Below the pieces are notes generated by a model. It saw nothing but the letters and a program-made list of their open reading frames with translations. It did no database searches and was not told the DNA's origin. The position numbers and the translations under genes are program-made. DNA of 64,000 nt, from NCBI GenBank assembly GCA_963666515.2, contig OY762897.2:32001-96000 (forward strand), written 5' to 3'. Shown in pieces: positions 19,441-29,407 of this stretch; the first letter of the stretch is position 1; every line of letters begins with the position of its first letter. This stretch comes from Candidatus Binatia bacterium (lineage in GTDB: Bacteria > Desulfobacterota > Binatia > UBA9968 > JAJDTQ01).

Positions 19441-20562
19441 ATGGACTGTGTAGACGCTGACGGCCACGTGGAAGAGTGCCTGGAGACTTTCGACGACAAG
19501 TACCTGGACCCCAAGTTCCGCAGCCAGCGGCCTCGGGTGGTGGGCGTGGACGGCATGGCCTACTGGATGATCGACGAGCAGCTCTTCCCGCGCCGGGTGG
19601 GCCGGGGCTGCAACAACCTCGGAACGCCCCTGACCATCAACGGCGAGCTTGCGAAACACTCGGTGGGCAAGGTGGACAGCGTCGGCAGCCAGGAGCTTAC
19701 CAACATCCCCGAGCGGCTGGCGATCATGGACGAGGAGGAGATCGCCGTGCAGGTGGTGTACACGACGCTCTTTCTCGCCTATCCGCTGACCGACAACGTC
19801 CCCCTCGCCACCGCGCTGTGCGACTCGTACAACCGTTGGCTGGGAGACCGGTTGGCCGGAAACGACCGCATCAAGTGGTCCGCGGTGGTGAACCTCGACG
19901 ATGTGGACGGCGCCGTGCGCTCGGTGAACGAGGCCGCGGGGCTGGGAGCCGTGTCCGTCATGGTGCTGGGGACCGCGGGAGACCGGCTGCTGGACGACGA
20001 CGCGCTGCTGCCGTTCTATGAAGCCGTGGAGGGAAACAACTTGGCGTTGGGGGTCCACGTGGGCTGGTCCTGCCCGTCGGTGAACAACCTCTACTCGCAC
20101 ATCTATCCTTCGGGCGTCATCGCTTTCCACATGCCGGTGCTGATGGCATGCACCTCGCTCATCGCCGGCGGCGTCCTCGACCGGCATCCGGACATGCGGG
20201 TGGTGTTCCTGGAGGCCGGGTGCATGTGGGTGCCGTTCATGCTCGACAGGCTGAAGCACCGCTACGAGAACCAGGGAGAGCTGCTGCTCAAGTTCCTCCC
20301 CGAGTGCGTCCCGAATCAGGCGCTACCGGCCATGGACTACGTGAAGAAGGGCAACCTCTTCTTCAGCGCCGAGATCGAGGACTCGCTGCTGCCGCAGGTC
20401 ATGGACCTGGTGGGGCAGGAGCAGATCGTCATGGGGACCGACATGCCCCACGGCGACCGCGAGCGCTTCGCCGCGCGCATGCTGCGGGAGCGCACCGACA
20501 TTTCCGACGCCGCCAAGGACGCGATCCTGGACGCCAACCCCCGGCGGCTCTACGGACTGTAA
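19441..20562 (+). CDS. Amidohydrolase_2 family protein
   Basis: VDADGHVEE, GVHVG, FLEAGCMW and GTDMPH. GGAGG RBS. Confidence 0.9.
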   Translation: MDCVDADGHVEECLETFDDKYLDPKFRSQRPRVVGVDGMAYWMIDEQLFPRRVGRGCNNLGTPLTINGELAKHSVGKVDSVGSQELTNIPERLAIMDEEEIAVQVVYTTLFLAYPLTDNVPLATALCDSYNRWLGDRLAGNDRIKWSAVVNLDDVDGAVRSVNEAAGLGAVSVMVLGTAGDRLLDDDALLPFYEAVEGNNLALGVHVGWSCPSVNNLYSHIYPSGVIAFHMPVLMACTSLIAGGVLDRHPDMRVVFLEAGCMWVPFMLDRLKHRYENQGELLLKFLPECVPNQALPAMDYVKKGNLFFSAEIEDSLLPQVMDLVGQEQIVMGTDMPHGDRERFAARMLRERTDISDAAKDAILDANPRRLYGL

Positions 20563-20637
20563 GCCTTCAACGGCGGACCGCCTGCTCCGCGTCAGGAAAG
20601 GAGCGGGCGGTCCCGCATCGACTCCCGGGAGACACGC

Positions 20638-21450
20638 ATGGCACTGAAAGCCTCCATGGGCGCCACTTACGGCTGGCGCGCGCGCATCGGTTTCGTAACT
20701 CCAAGTCCCGGCCACGAGAACAACGGCTACGAGTTCTATCTCATGGCCCCCGACGGCGTCACCATCGTGATGACGTCGCTGCACGTTACCCAGTTGACCC
20801 AGCAGCAGTATGACGACGCGGTGAGCCGCATGGACGCGGCGGTGAAGGAGCTGGAGGACCGGCGGGTGGATTCTATCATCCAGGCCGGGGTGCCGCTGGT
20901 GGTGACCCGGGGGTGGGGATTCGAGGAGAAACTCCTGGCCGAGGTGGCGCGTCAGACCGCCATACCGTTTGCCACGGACATCGGCTCCTGCATCCGCGCC
21001 ATGCACACCCTGAGCATGGCCCGCGTGGTGATGCTCACGCCCTTCGACGACGTCATGCACCGGCTGCTCGCCGAGTACGTGGGCCACGCCGGCATCGAGG
21101 TGGTGGCCACCCGCTCCCTGTGGCCCTCCGACGAGGCCGCCATGTCACGCCGCTACGGCGTGTCCACCATGCCCCTGGCGGAGATATACCGCGCCGCCAA
21201 GGACCTCTTTCTCTCGACGCCCGGCGCCGACGGCATCTGGATCACCGGCGCCCTCATGCCCAGCGTCGCCGTCATCGACAGCCTGGAGCAGGACCTCGAC
21301 GTCCCCGTGGTGACCAGCATGCAGGCCATGATGTGGGCCGGCCTGGGTCTGGCGCACGTGGACTCGGAGGTGGAAGGATACGGCCACCTGTTCGACTACG
21401 TGTACGGCGCCGAACCGGTTAACGATGACGGATATGACCCGGAAGCGTGA
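20638..21450 (+). CDS. Asp/Glu racemase / maleate isomerase / AMDase superfamily protein
   Basis: GWRARIGFVTPS, LTPF and LEQDLDVPVVTSMQA family motifs. Confidence 0.8.
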   Translation: MALKASMGATYGWRARIGFVTPSPGHENNGYEFYLMAPDGVTIVMTSLHVTQLTQQQYDDAVSRMDAAVKELEDRRVDSIIQAGVPLVVTRGWGFEEKLLAEVARQTAIPFATDIGSCIRAMHTLSMARVVMLTPFDDVMHRLLAEYVGHAGIEVVATRSLWPSDEAAMSRRYGVSTMPLAEIYRAAKDLFLSTPGADGIWITGALMPSVAVIDSLEQDLDVPVVTSMQAMMWAGLGLAHVDSEVEGYGHLFDYVYGAEPVNDDGYDPEA

Positions 21451-21537
21451 AGTGCTTGGTTTGGTTCCAGTAACTCGCGGGACGTAAACCGGCAATGCGC
21501 GAGGTTCGTCAAAGGACGGGCTTTCTTGGAGACTCTG

Positions 21538-24500
21538 ATGCCGTTTTCTCCCGGCCAGATCGTATGCTTGGCGTCCAACCCATCTGTTACGGGAGCCGTC
21601 GTCGACATCGTGGCAGGATCGTCCGAAGACTCCGTCAGGGTTTTTGTCAACGGCGATATTCGGACGTATTTCGCCTCTCAATTACAGGTTGCTGATCCAG
21701 CGGACCACGCAACGCCTCTGTCTGCAAGGCACTTTCAGGCCCGCCTGACCGCCCTGCAAATACGCCATCCCAACCTCTCGACGCTGTATTCGCTCAATGC
21801 CGCCCGTGTCGATTTCATCCCCTATCAGTTCCGTCCGGTGCTGAGATTCATCCGTTCCGACCGTCCGCGCTTGCTGATAGCCGATGGCGTGGGGGTGGGC
21901 AAAACCATCGAGGCCGGGCTGATTCTCAGGGAGTTGCAGGCTCGGCGGGAGGTCAAGTCCGTTCTCATCGTGTGTCCCCGTCCGCTCGTGACCGAGCGTA
22001 AATGGGAACTGGAGATGAAACGCTTTGACGAAAGGTTTACCCATTTGGACGGTGCAACATTGCGATACTGCATCAACGAAATGCACCTTGAGGGCGAATG
22101 GCCCGACCAGCATCGGAAAACGATCCTTCCGTATTCGCTGTTCGACGAGGCGCTTCTGTACGGTCCCGGCGGCAAAAAAAGCCGGAAACGACAACGCGGC
22201 AATGGTCTTTTGGATCTGGATCCGCCCCCGCGCTTCGACCTCGTCATCGTGGACGAAGCCCACCACATCCGCAATCCGGACACCCATAGGCACGCGGCGG
22301 TACGGTTTTTCTGTGAACATGCCGAAGCAGCGGTCTTTCTTACTGCCACCCCTGTTCAGCTCGACAGCCACGACCTTTTCGTGTTGTTGAACGTGTTGCG
22401 TCCCGATCTCGTACTGGATCAGGCCAGCTTCGAGCACATGGCGGAGCCGAACCCGTTCATCAACCAGGCCGTGCACCATGCCCGTACGCAAGGGCAAGGT
22501 TGGACGGGGCGCGCGACGGCCGCCCTTGAACAGGCAGCCGCCACCGCCTGGGGCCAAGCGATACTCAGGGACAATCCCGAATTCGGGCGGATCAGGGACA
22601 GGCTTGCCAAGGGGAGCGTCGCTGCCGACGAGAGGGTTCAATTCATCACCGACATGGAAGCCTTGCATACGTTTTCGGGCATTATCAACCGTACGCGTCG
22701 GCGCGATATCGGCGCGTTCACCATTCGGAAGCCGGAAACGTTCAAGGTTGCATTCACGCCCGACCAACAACGGCTTCATGACGAGTTGCTCCGTGTTCAG
22801 GCCGAGATATTCAGCCGGTTGCATCCAAGCGCCAACGTCAAGTTCATGATGACCACGATTCGACGGCAGGCTGCGAGTTGCCTTTATGGACTTGCTCCCT
22901 TCCTCACGGATATCCTGAATCGTCATCTCGATGAACTGGAATGGGAGGAGGTCGACGATACGGGTACGGTTCCGTGGAGCGATGTCAACGGCCCAATCCG
23001 CGCGCAGATCGAAACCATTCTGGAGCACGCCCGCAACCTTGACCCCGAAGACCCGAAACTTGAGACGTTGCGTAAAATCATCCGGGATAAGCAGGCCCTG
23101 CCTAACAACAGGATCATGCTGTTCAGCAGCTTTCGGCACACGCTTGCCTATCTGAACGGACGTCTCAGAGAGGATGGTATCCGCGCTGGAATGATTCACG
23201 GTGGTACGCCGGACGACGAACGTGTGGTACTGCGCAACCGCTTCGAGAAGCCACGTGAAGACCGTGACGCCCTTGATGTCCTGCTGTTCTCGGAGGTTGG
23301 TTGTGAAGGTTTGGACTACCAGTTCTGCGACTGCATCGTGAACTACGACCTGCCATGGAATCCCATGCGAATCGAGCAGCGCATCGGCCGTATCGACCGT
23401 AAGGGTCAGCGGAGCGAAAGCGTTGCCATCGTCAACCTGATTATCCCCGGAACGGTCGATGCGGACATTTACGAGCGCTGCCTTGTCCGCATCGGCGTGT
23501 TCGAGAATGCCTTGGGGGGCAGCGAGGCGATACTTGGCGACATCTCCACCGAAATCAAGAATATCGCCGAAAACTATTCCCTTAGTGAGGTAGACCGCCG
23601 GGAGAAACTGCAACAGTTGGCGGACAACAAGATTCGGTTGGTACAGGAACAGGAAAGGCTCGAGGAGCAGCAGTCGGAGCTCTTCGGTATTCGTCTGCCG
23701 GAAGATCAGATGAAGCAGGAGATCGAGGACGCATCGAGTTTCTGGCTGTCTCCGTCGTCGCTCCGCAAGCTGGTCACGGTGTATCTGCAAGATACCTGCG
23801 GGACGGCGCAGGAGTTCATCCTTGGCGAGAAATCCCTTAAAACATTGCGCCTTTCCCAAGATGCCCGGAATCACATGCTGCGTGACTTTCAGCAGCTCTC
23901 TGGACGGAGGAATACACCTGCCTATCGCGCCTGGGAAACTTGGTTAAAGGGAAGTGACCCACACTTGTCCATCACCTTCGATGCGGATTGCGCGAGCCAG
24001 AATCCACGAGTCACCTTCATCATGCCGCTGCACCCGCTCGTCATCCAGGCCGCCGGATCGCTTGTCGCAAAGCGGGTGGTCAGGACTACATTGAAGGCCA
24101 AGACTGACCGAATGCCTGCAGGGCGCTACGAGTTCGCCGTCTACCAATGGCAGTTCCACGGTATCCGGGAAGATCTGGTGCTCAAGCCGATTGCTGCATC
24201 GCGGGTTCTGACACCAGACCTTGGTCGTTTGCTTGAGAATGCGGTGGATGTCGAGCCGGACAGATGCGACAGTGTGGCTACCGAGTGGGACGAGTTGGAT
24301 GGACGGCACCACGACCTCTGGTCCGAGGCCCGTAGACAGCATCAACAACGGACTCGGGAACTCGCAGCGTACCGAAGGGAGAGCTTGGCCACCAGCCATC
24401 ACGCGCGCTTGGCGCTTCTAAGAGATCAACACCGAACCGCCGGCGACGACAATATCCGACGAATGCGTCAGTCGCAGATCGATTCTGCCGAGGCGGACTA

Positions 24501-24597
24501 CAATCGACGTTGCCGGGAGTTGGATTCGGCCATCGAGAGAGCGGATGTTGTCGCCGAGCCCGTGGCGTATGGGATACTGTATATTGAGCTATATTGA
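21538..24597 (+). CDS. SNF2/RapA-DrmD-like superfamily 2 helicase/translocase
   Basis: LIADGVGVGKTIEAG (I), DEAHH (II), LTATP (III), EVGCEGLDYQ (V) and YDLPWNPMRIEQRIGRIDRKGQ (VI). GGAG RBS before ATG 21538. Confidence 0.92.
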   Translation: MPFSPGQIVCLASNPSVTGAVVDIVAGSSEDSVRVFVNGDIRTYFASQLQVADPADHATPLSARHFQARLTALQIRHPNLSTLYSLNAARVDFIPYQFRPVLRFIRSDRPRLLIADGVGVGKTIEAGLILRELQARREVKSVLIVCPRPLVTERKWELEMKRFDERFTHLDGATLRYCINEMHLEGEWPDQHRKTILPYSLFDEALLYGPGGKKSRKRQRGNGLLDLDPPPRFDLVIVDEAHHIRNPDTHRHAAVRFFCEHAEAAVFLTATPVQLDSHDLFVLLNVLRPDLVLDQASFEHMAEPNPFINQAVHHARTQGQGWTGRATAALEQAAATAWGQAILRDNPEFGRIRDRLAKGSVAADERVQFITDMEALHTFSGIINRTRRRDIGAFTIRKPETFKVAFTPDQQRLHDELLRVQAEIFSRLHPSANVKFMMTTIRRQAASCLYGLAPFLTDILNRHLDELEWEEVDDTGTVPWSDVNGPIRAQIETILEHARNLDPEDPKLETLRKIIRDKQALPNNRIMLFSSFRHTLAYLNGRLREDGIRAGMIHGGTPDDERVVLRNRFEKPREDRDALDVLLFSEVGCEGLDYQFCDCIVNYDLPWNPMRIEQRIGRIDRKGQRSESVAIVNLIIPGTVDADIYERCLVRIGVFENALGGSEAILGDISTEIKNIAENYSLSEVDRREKLQQLADNKIRLVQEQERLEEQQSELFGIRLPEDQMKQEIEDASSFWLSPSSLRKLVTVYLQDTCGTAQEFILGEKSLKTLRLSQDARNHMLRDFQQLSGRRNTPAYRAWETWLKGSDPHLSITFDADCASQNPRVTFIMPLHPLVIQAAGSLVAKRVVRTTLKAKTDRMPAGRYEFAVYQWQFHGIREDLVLKPIAASRVLTPDLGRLLENAVDVEPDRCDSVATEWDELDGRHHDLWSEARRQHQQRTRELAAYRRESLATSHHARLALLRDQHRTAGDDNIRRMRQSQIDSAEADYNRRCRELDSAIERADVVAEPVAYGILYIELY

Positions 24598-24615
24598 GCG
24601 GGTCGAGAGGACACA

Positions 24616-27600
24616 ATGAATCTCGAAGAATTACGACAGAGACGCCTGAAATGGGTGGAAGCGAATCGCGAAAACGACTTTGAAGACGGTATCAGAGCCC
24701 TTCTCACGGACCTCTATCCGGACAATGCACATTTTATTTACGAGCTTCTTCAGAATGCTGAGGATGCCCAGGCAACGGCAGTTCGCTTCGTCCTCAAGCA
24801 GGACGGCGTTGAATTTGAGCACGACGGGAAGCTGTTTTCGATCCAGGACGTAAAGGACATTACAAGTATCGGAAATAGCGCAAAGAAAGACGATCCGACC
24901 AGCATCGGCAAGTTCGGGATCGGTTTCAAGGCCGTGTTTGCCTATACGACGACGCCGGAAATCGCATCTGGTCAATTTCATTTTCGCCTCCGTGACCTGG
25001 TGGTGCCAGAAACAGAGGGATTGGCGCCGCATCCACCTGATGGAGAAAAGACCCTGTTCGTCTTTCCTTTTAATAACCCTGCAAAGTCGCCCGAAAAGGC
25101 CCGTGATGAGATTGAGAGAAACCTCCGGCAGTTGGACGAATACGCCCTCCTTTTTCTGAAGAGTATCAAGAAAATAGAGTACCAGTTGCCCGATTCGTCC
25201 CAGGGGTCTCTGAGGCGGAAGGAACCAAAAGGTGACCGGATTGAAATTTTCATCGAGCACCCTGAAGAAGCAGGGTCGAGTTCACGTTCATTTCTCCGGT
25301 TCGACGGGTCCGTTGAAGTCGATGATGAGGACGGCGAACCCAAGGTGTGCCGCATTGCCGTTGCTTTCGGCTTGGAACGGAGCCAGGACCCGGAAGCGAA
25401 ACGGTCCGGCGGCAAGAGAAAACCACGGGTAGGCCGTTGGAAGATAGCGCCGTTGGAGCCGGGGAAGGTTTGCATCTATTTCCCTGCGGAAAAGGAAACA
25501 TCCAATCTTCGGTTTGCGTTGCACGCGCCTTTTGCCTCGACCGTTGCGCGCGACAGCGTGCGCGATTGCGCAGCGAACGATGCCTTGCGGGATCACTTGA
25601 CGGATCTCATCGCGGAGTCAATGACCAACCTGCGCGATCAGGATTTGTTGACGGTGAGCTTTCTTGCGACGTTACCCAACGACAAGGACAATTTGCCTCC
25701 ATTCTACAAGCCGATCTTGGAAAAGCTGGTCGAGGTGTTCCAGAGCCAGAAGCTTACACCGATGAAGGATGGCAGTCACGAGGTCGCAAATGGGGTATTT
25801 AGAGGTTCCAGGCAGCTATCCGACCTCATAGGTGATGAGGATTTGGCGACAATCCTCGGACAGGACGATTATTGCCCGCCGATGTGGATCGCCAATCCCC
25901 CTCAACAACACCAGCGTGAAGACAACTTTCTTTCCCTGCTGAGCGGCATCTCTGAATGGACGAGGGAAGATCTCGTCCAGCGGCTGTCCACTCGACCGGA
26001 ACAGGTCGCCAAATGGCTGACGAACAAGTCGGCTCATTGGCACCGAAAACTCTACGCGTTCCTGGGTGACTTCTTGACAAGCGCGCCAAATCGTCGGGAG
26101 GAAGCAGATCGTAAACGCAAGCTGGAACAGCTCCCCGTGGTTCTCTGCAGCGATGGCGCGCACAGGGTCGGGCAGGAATGTTACTTCCCTGGCGACGAAG
26201 ACGAGGGCGACGACGGGTTCCCACGTGTGGCCAGACACACCTATTCTTCTGGCGACAATCCGCAAGAGCAGAGGAAGGCCCGTGAGTTTCTTGACGTTGT
26301 TGGGGTTGGTGAAGTCGACGAGGCTGAAAGGGTGAAGGCGATTCTGAAGGAGCGATATTCGGAGGGCTCAATCGAACCTCGCCAACAGGATATGGAGAGA
26401 TTCATCAGGCTCGTCGAAGGATACGAGCGGTGTGCGGACATGTTCCGGGAACATTGTATCTTTCAATTGGAAACAGGAGATTGGGGGAAGCCAAGCACGG
26501 TCTTTCTTGACTCACCCTATCGAGACACCGGCCTGACGGCTTACTATGAGATACTCGGTGAAGCTCAGGGAAGGAGACGGGCGCTCTCCACGAAGTATGA
26601 CGCGTTTGGCATAGAGCCAACACGGTTGGGGGAGTTTGCTGAGGCGGTAGGCGCTCAGACAGAGCTACGACCCAGCAAACAAAGGATTCCCCCTAGCCAT
26701 CCTGAAAGGCGCAGGCTAAGTGACGGAGGGGGATGGTCAGAGAAGTACGGAATAGATAAGGACTACGATATCCCGGAGTTTGACGTGCTGTTGGGGCAGC
26801 CCAGCTTGGACAGGTCGAGGTTAATCTGGCAAACGATGACAGAACTGCCTGGTGCGTGTCTGAAAGCGGAGTATCGGTCCAATAGCTGGCATGCCTCGAA
26901 GGTTGCCGAGTCCACGCTTGTCCACAAGCTCAGAAGGCGCGAGTGGGTTCCGCAAACACAGGACGGCGGAGAGAGCATCCGTTTCGTGACGCCTGCTGAA
27001 GCCGTTTCTGACGGTCTCCTTAAGGGCTTTGCATTCGACCCGGGAGTGGAATGGCTGGAAGCAATCGAGTTTGGAAAGTCTCGACGAGATCGAGAGAAGG
27101 GTGAACGTCAGAGAAAAGAACAGTCTGCCCAAGACTTTCAGCGACAAAGCGAGGCATCTGAGGTGTTGGGGTTTCGGAGCGTTGAAGACGCGCTAGAGTT
27201 GGCACAGATGTTGCGTCAAGATCCTGGGATAGTGGAGCGATTGAAGAAAGACAAGCAGAAACCGCCATTTCCTGAAAGGGTGGCCCGTAACGCCGGTCGT
27301 GCGCGGGCACGGCTCATTGAAGATGTCGCTAGCCGTCCCGAGAAGGAATACGGTACGCGACCCAGAAGCGTGCGGGTCACAAGGAACGAGATCGATCCCG
27401 ATACCTGGTTGAGGAACCAGTACACGAACGAGGATGGACAGATGGTCTGCCAGATTTGCAAAGACGCAATGCCGTTCATGAAACGGGACGGCGAGCACTA
27501 CTTCGAGGCGGTGGAAGCCTTGTCCAGAGATTATTTTCCCAAGGAGCACGAAGAACAATTTCTGGCCCTGTGCCCACTTTGTGCCGCGATGTACAAGGAA

Positions 27601-27855
27601 TTCGTCAAGCGCGACGAAGATGTCATGAAACGTCTGTATGAGTGGTTGAAGGATTCAGATGAGCCTGAACTGCCACTGACGTTGGGACAATGGAGTGCGA
27701 GTCTCCGGTTCGTGGAAACTCACCGGCAGCGCCTGAAGGCGATCTTGGCCGTCGTGGACCACGGTGACGCGTGGACCGTGCAAGATGAAAACGATCTGAC
27801 CACTGCCTCCTTGCGGTACGCGGAAGGGCGCTACCCGGAGGAGGACGTTGTTTAA
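24616..27855 (+). CDS. Sacsin/NOV-like GHKL ATPase with a C-terminal Zn-binding HNH-like domain
   Basis: IYELLQNAEDA, EHDG and SIGNSAK...IGKFGIGFKAVF, plus LHAPF...RD transducer-like segment. The C-terminus reads CQIC...YFEAVE...LALCPLC. Confidence 0.85.
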   Translation: MNLEELRQRRLKWVEANRENDFEDGIRALLTDLYPDNAHFIYELLQNAEDAQATAVRFVLKQDGVEFEHDGKLFSIQDVKDITSIGNSAKKDDPTSIGKFGIGFKAVFAYTTTPEIASGQFHFRLRDLVVPETEGLAPHPPDGEKTLFVFPFNNPAKSPEKARDEIERNLRQLDEYALLFLKSIKKIEYQLPDSSQGSLRRKEPKGDRIEIFIEHPEEAGSSSRSFLRFDGSVEVDDEDGEPKVCRIAVAFGLERSQDPEAKRSGGKRKPRVGRWKIAPLEPGKVCIYFPAEKETSNLRFALHAPFASTVARDSVRDCAANDALRDHLTDLIAESMTNLRDQDLLTVSFLATLPNDKDNLPPFYKPILEKLVEVFQSQKLTPMKDGSHEVANGVFRGSRQLSDLIGDEDLATILGQDDYCPPMWIANPPQQHQREDNFLSLLSGISEWTREDLVQRLSTRPEQVAKWLTNKSAHWHRKLYAFLGDFLTSAPNRREEADRKRKLEQLPVVLCSDGAHRVGQECYFPGDEDEGDDGFPRVARHTYSSGDNPQEQRKAREFLDVVGVGEVDEAERVKAILKERYSEGSIEPRQQDMERFIRLVEGYERCADMFREHCIFQLETGDWGKPSTVFLDSPYRDTGLTAYYEILGEAQGRRRALSTKYDAFGIEPTRLGEFAEAVGAQTELRPSKQRIPPSHPERRRLSDGGGWSEKYGIDKDYDIPEFDVLLGQPSLDRSRLIWQTMTELPGACLKAEYRSNSWHASKVAESTLVHKLRRREWVPQTQDGGESIRFVTPAEAVSDGLLKGFAFDPGVEWLEAIEFGKSRRDREKGERQRKEQSAQDFQRQSEASEVLGFRSVEDALELAQMLRQDPGIVERLKKDKQKPPFPERVARNAGRARARLIEDVASRPEKEYGTRPRSVRVTRNEIDPDTWLRNQYTNEDGQMVCQICKDAMPFMKRDGEHYFEAVEALSRDYFPKEHEEQFLALCPLCAAMYKEFVKRDEDVMKRLYEWLKDSDEPELPLTLGQWSASLRFVETHRQRLKAILAVVDHGDAWTVQDENDLTTASLRYAEGRYPEEDVV

Positions 27856-28189
27856 GCCGAGCGATGTGGTAGTGCTCGACTTCCCTGGGGTGAGGGGTGT
27901 CAAACGCCGACCGGCAGTGGTCGTCTCCTCATCTGTTTACCATGCCTCCCGACCTGACGTGGTGGTCGGCCTGATAACGAGTCGCACCACCAGACTTGGC
28001 GCCATGGACTATGTCCTGCAGGATTGGGCACAGGCCGGCTTGAGGCTCCCTTCCGTTTTTAGGTGTTTTTTCGCCACGTTGCCCGGCACCCGGGCTAGCG
28101 TTGTCGGCGAACTGTCGGGCCGCGATTGGCGGGGCGTACGCGGGCGCGTAAGAGTCGCTCTGGCGCCATTGGCCACTCGGAAGCATTAG
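27848..28189 (+). CDS. PemK/MazF-family endoribonuclease toxin
   Basis: DVVVLDFP...KRRPAVVVSS...GLITS...AGLRLPS. TTG start with GGAGG RBS, overlapping the upstream stop by 8 nt. Confidence 0.85.
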   Translation: MFKPSDVVVLDFPGVRGVKRRPAVVVSSSVYHASRPDVVVGLITSRTTRLGAMDYVLQDWAQAGLRLPSVFRCFFATLPGTRASVVGELSGRDWRGVRGRVRVALAPLATRKH

Positions 28190-28267
28190 GGATGTCGCGT
28201 CCGTCAGGACATCGTACGCGGATGTGAGGACGGTGCGTAGTGGGGAAACTGCTGTTGCGGCGGGGAG

Positions 28268-29284
28268 TTACGCGAGCCGCGGCGCCACCTTCTCGGTGAG
28301 CAGACGGATGGAGTTGAGGACCTGTTCGTGGGGGATCTGGCCGCCGTGGTTCATGTCCAGGATCAGGCCGGTGAGTCCCGTGCGCTCGCGGAATTCCTCC
28401 AGGCGGTCGACCACCGACTCGGGCGAGCCGAAGATGACGCGGGTGTTCAGGAACTCGTCGTAATCGTTCATGAACCTCTGGGCCTGGGCGACGCGGTCGG
28501 CGGCGTTCATGGCCGTGGCTTCGGCGATGACCCGGTGCAGGTCGTGGACCACGCTGGCTCTCGGGGTCTCGCGCGCCAGCTCTTCCGACTCGGCGACGAA
28601 GACGGGCACGCGCACATGGATCTCGGGCGGGTCGGCGTGGCCGGCGGCCTGCCATTCGTCGCGGTAGATCTGCAAGCGGTCCTCGTAGTAGTCGCCCATG
28701 AACCACAACACCACGTTGAAACCGCGCCGGGCGGTGGCGGCGAAGCCTTCGGGGGTGCGGACGGCCATGTAGATGGGGGGATGGGGCTTCTGCAGCGGCC
28801 GGGGTGAAATGCTGACGTCGTGGTACGAGTAGTAGTCGCCCTCGAAGGAGAACGTGTCCTGGGTGAAGGCGCGCATGACGATCTCGAACGACTCGGTGAA
28901 ACGCGCGGTGCTTTCCGAGTAGGGGATGTTGAAGCCGTCGTAGAACTTGGGGATGCTGCTGCGGCCGACGCCGAAGTCGAACCGTCCGTGGCTCATGTGG
29001 TCGATGGAGGCCACCTCTTCGGCGATGCGCAGGGGGTTGCCCAAGGGCAGCACCTGCACCGCGGTGCCGATGCGCACGCGCTGCGTGCGCGACGCGATTG
29101 CGCCGGCCACAGCCATGGACGCCGACAGCACCGAGGCCTGGGGCCGGAAGTGGTGCTCGACGATCCAGATGGAGTCCAGGCCCATGGATTCGGCGGCATC
29201 CACCTGCGCGAACAGCTCGTCGAAGGCGAGCGTCTGTGTCTGATCCTTCCGAACGTGACAGTCAACCAGCAAGCCGAACTTCAT
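28268..29284 (-). CDS. LLM-class (luciferase-like) flavin-dependent oxidoreductase
   Basis: MKFGL, WIVEHHF, NPLRIAEE, GRFDFGVGR and PRPLQKPHPPI. Confidence 0.92.
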   Translation of the reverse strand: MKFGLLVDCHVRKDQTQTLAFDELFAQVDAAESMGLDSIWIVEHHFRPQASVLSASMAVAGAIASRTQRVRIGTAVQVLPLGNPLRIAEEVASIDHMSHGRFDFGVGRSSIPKFYDGFNIPYSESTARFTESFEIVMRAFTQDTFSFEGDYYSYHDVSISPRPLQKPHPPIYMAVRTPEGFAATARRGFNVVLWFMGDYYEDRLQIYRDEWQAAGHADPPEIHVRVPVFVAESEELARETPRASVVHDLHRVIAEATAMNAADRVAQAQRFMNDYDEFLNTRVIFGSPESVVDRLEEFRERTGLTGLILDMNHGGQIPHEQVLNSIRLLTEKVAPRLA

Positions 29285-29407
29285 TCGAATGATTCCTGTC
29301 GTGTTACCCGGAGCCCCCGGTCTCCGGGTAAGCGAATCCGCCCGAGCGCAGGGCAGTGACACTGCGCCCTGCCTCGTTCCGGAGCGCGGTTTTTCCGAAC
29401 TCCGCCC

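Noticed and set aside
21538-24597. Housekeeping RapA or a complete DISARM/Zorya system
   Set aside because: The low-GC accessory context argues against RapA, and there is no drmABC/methylase or zorAB nearby.
21440-28184. CGGAAGC at both edges of the helicase-ATPase-MazF block as a target-site duplication
   Set aside because: A 7-bp GC-rich match is expected by chance, and there are no terminal inverted repeats or recombinase.
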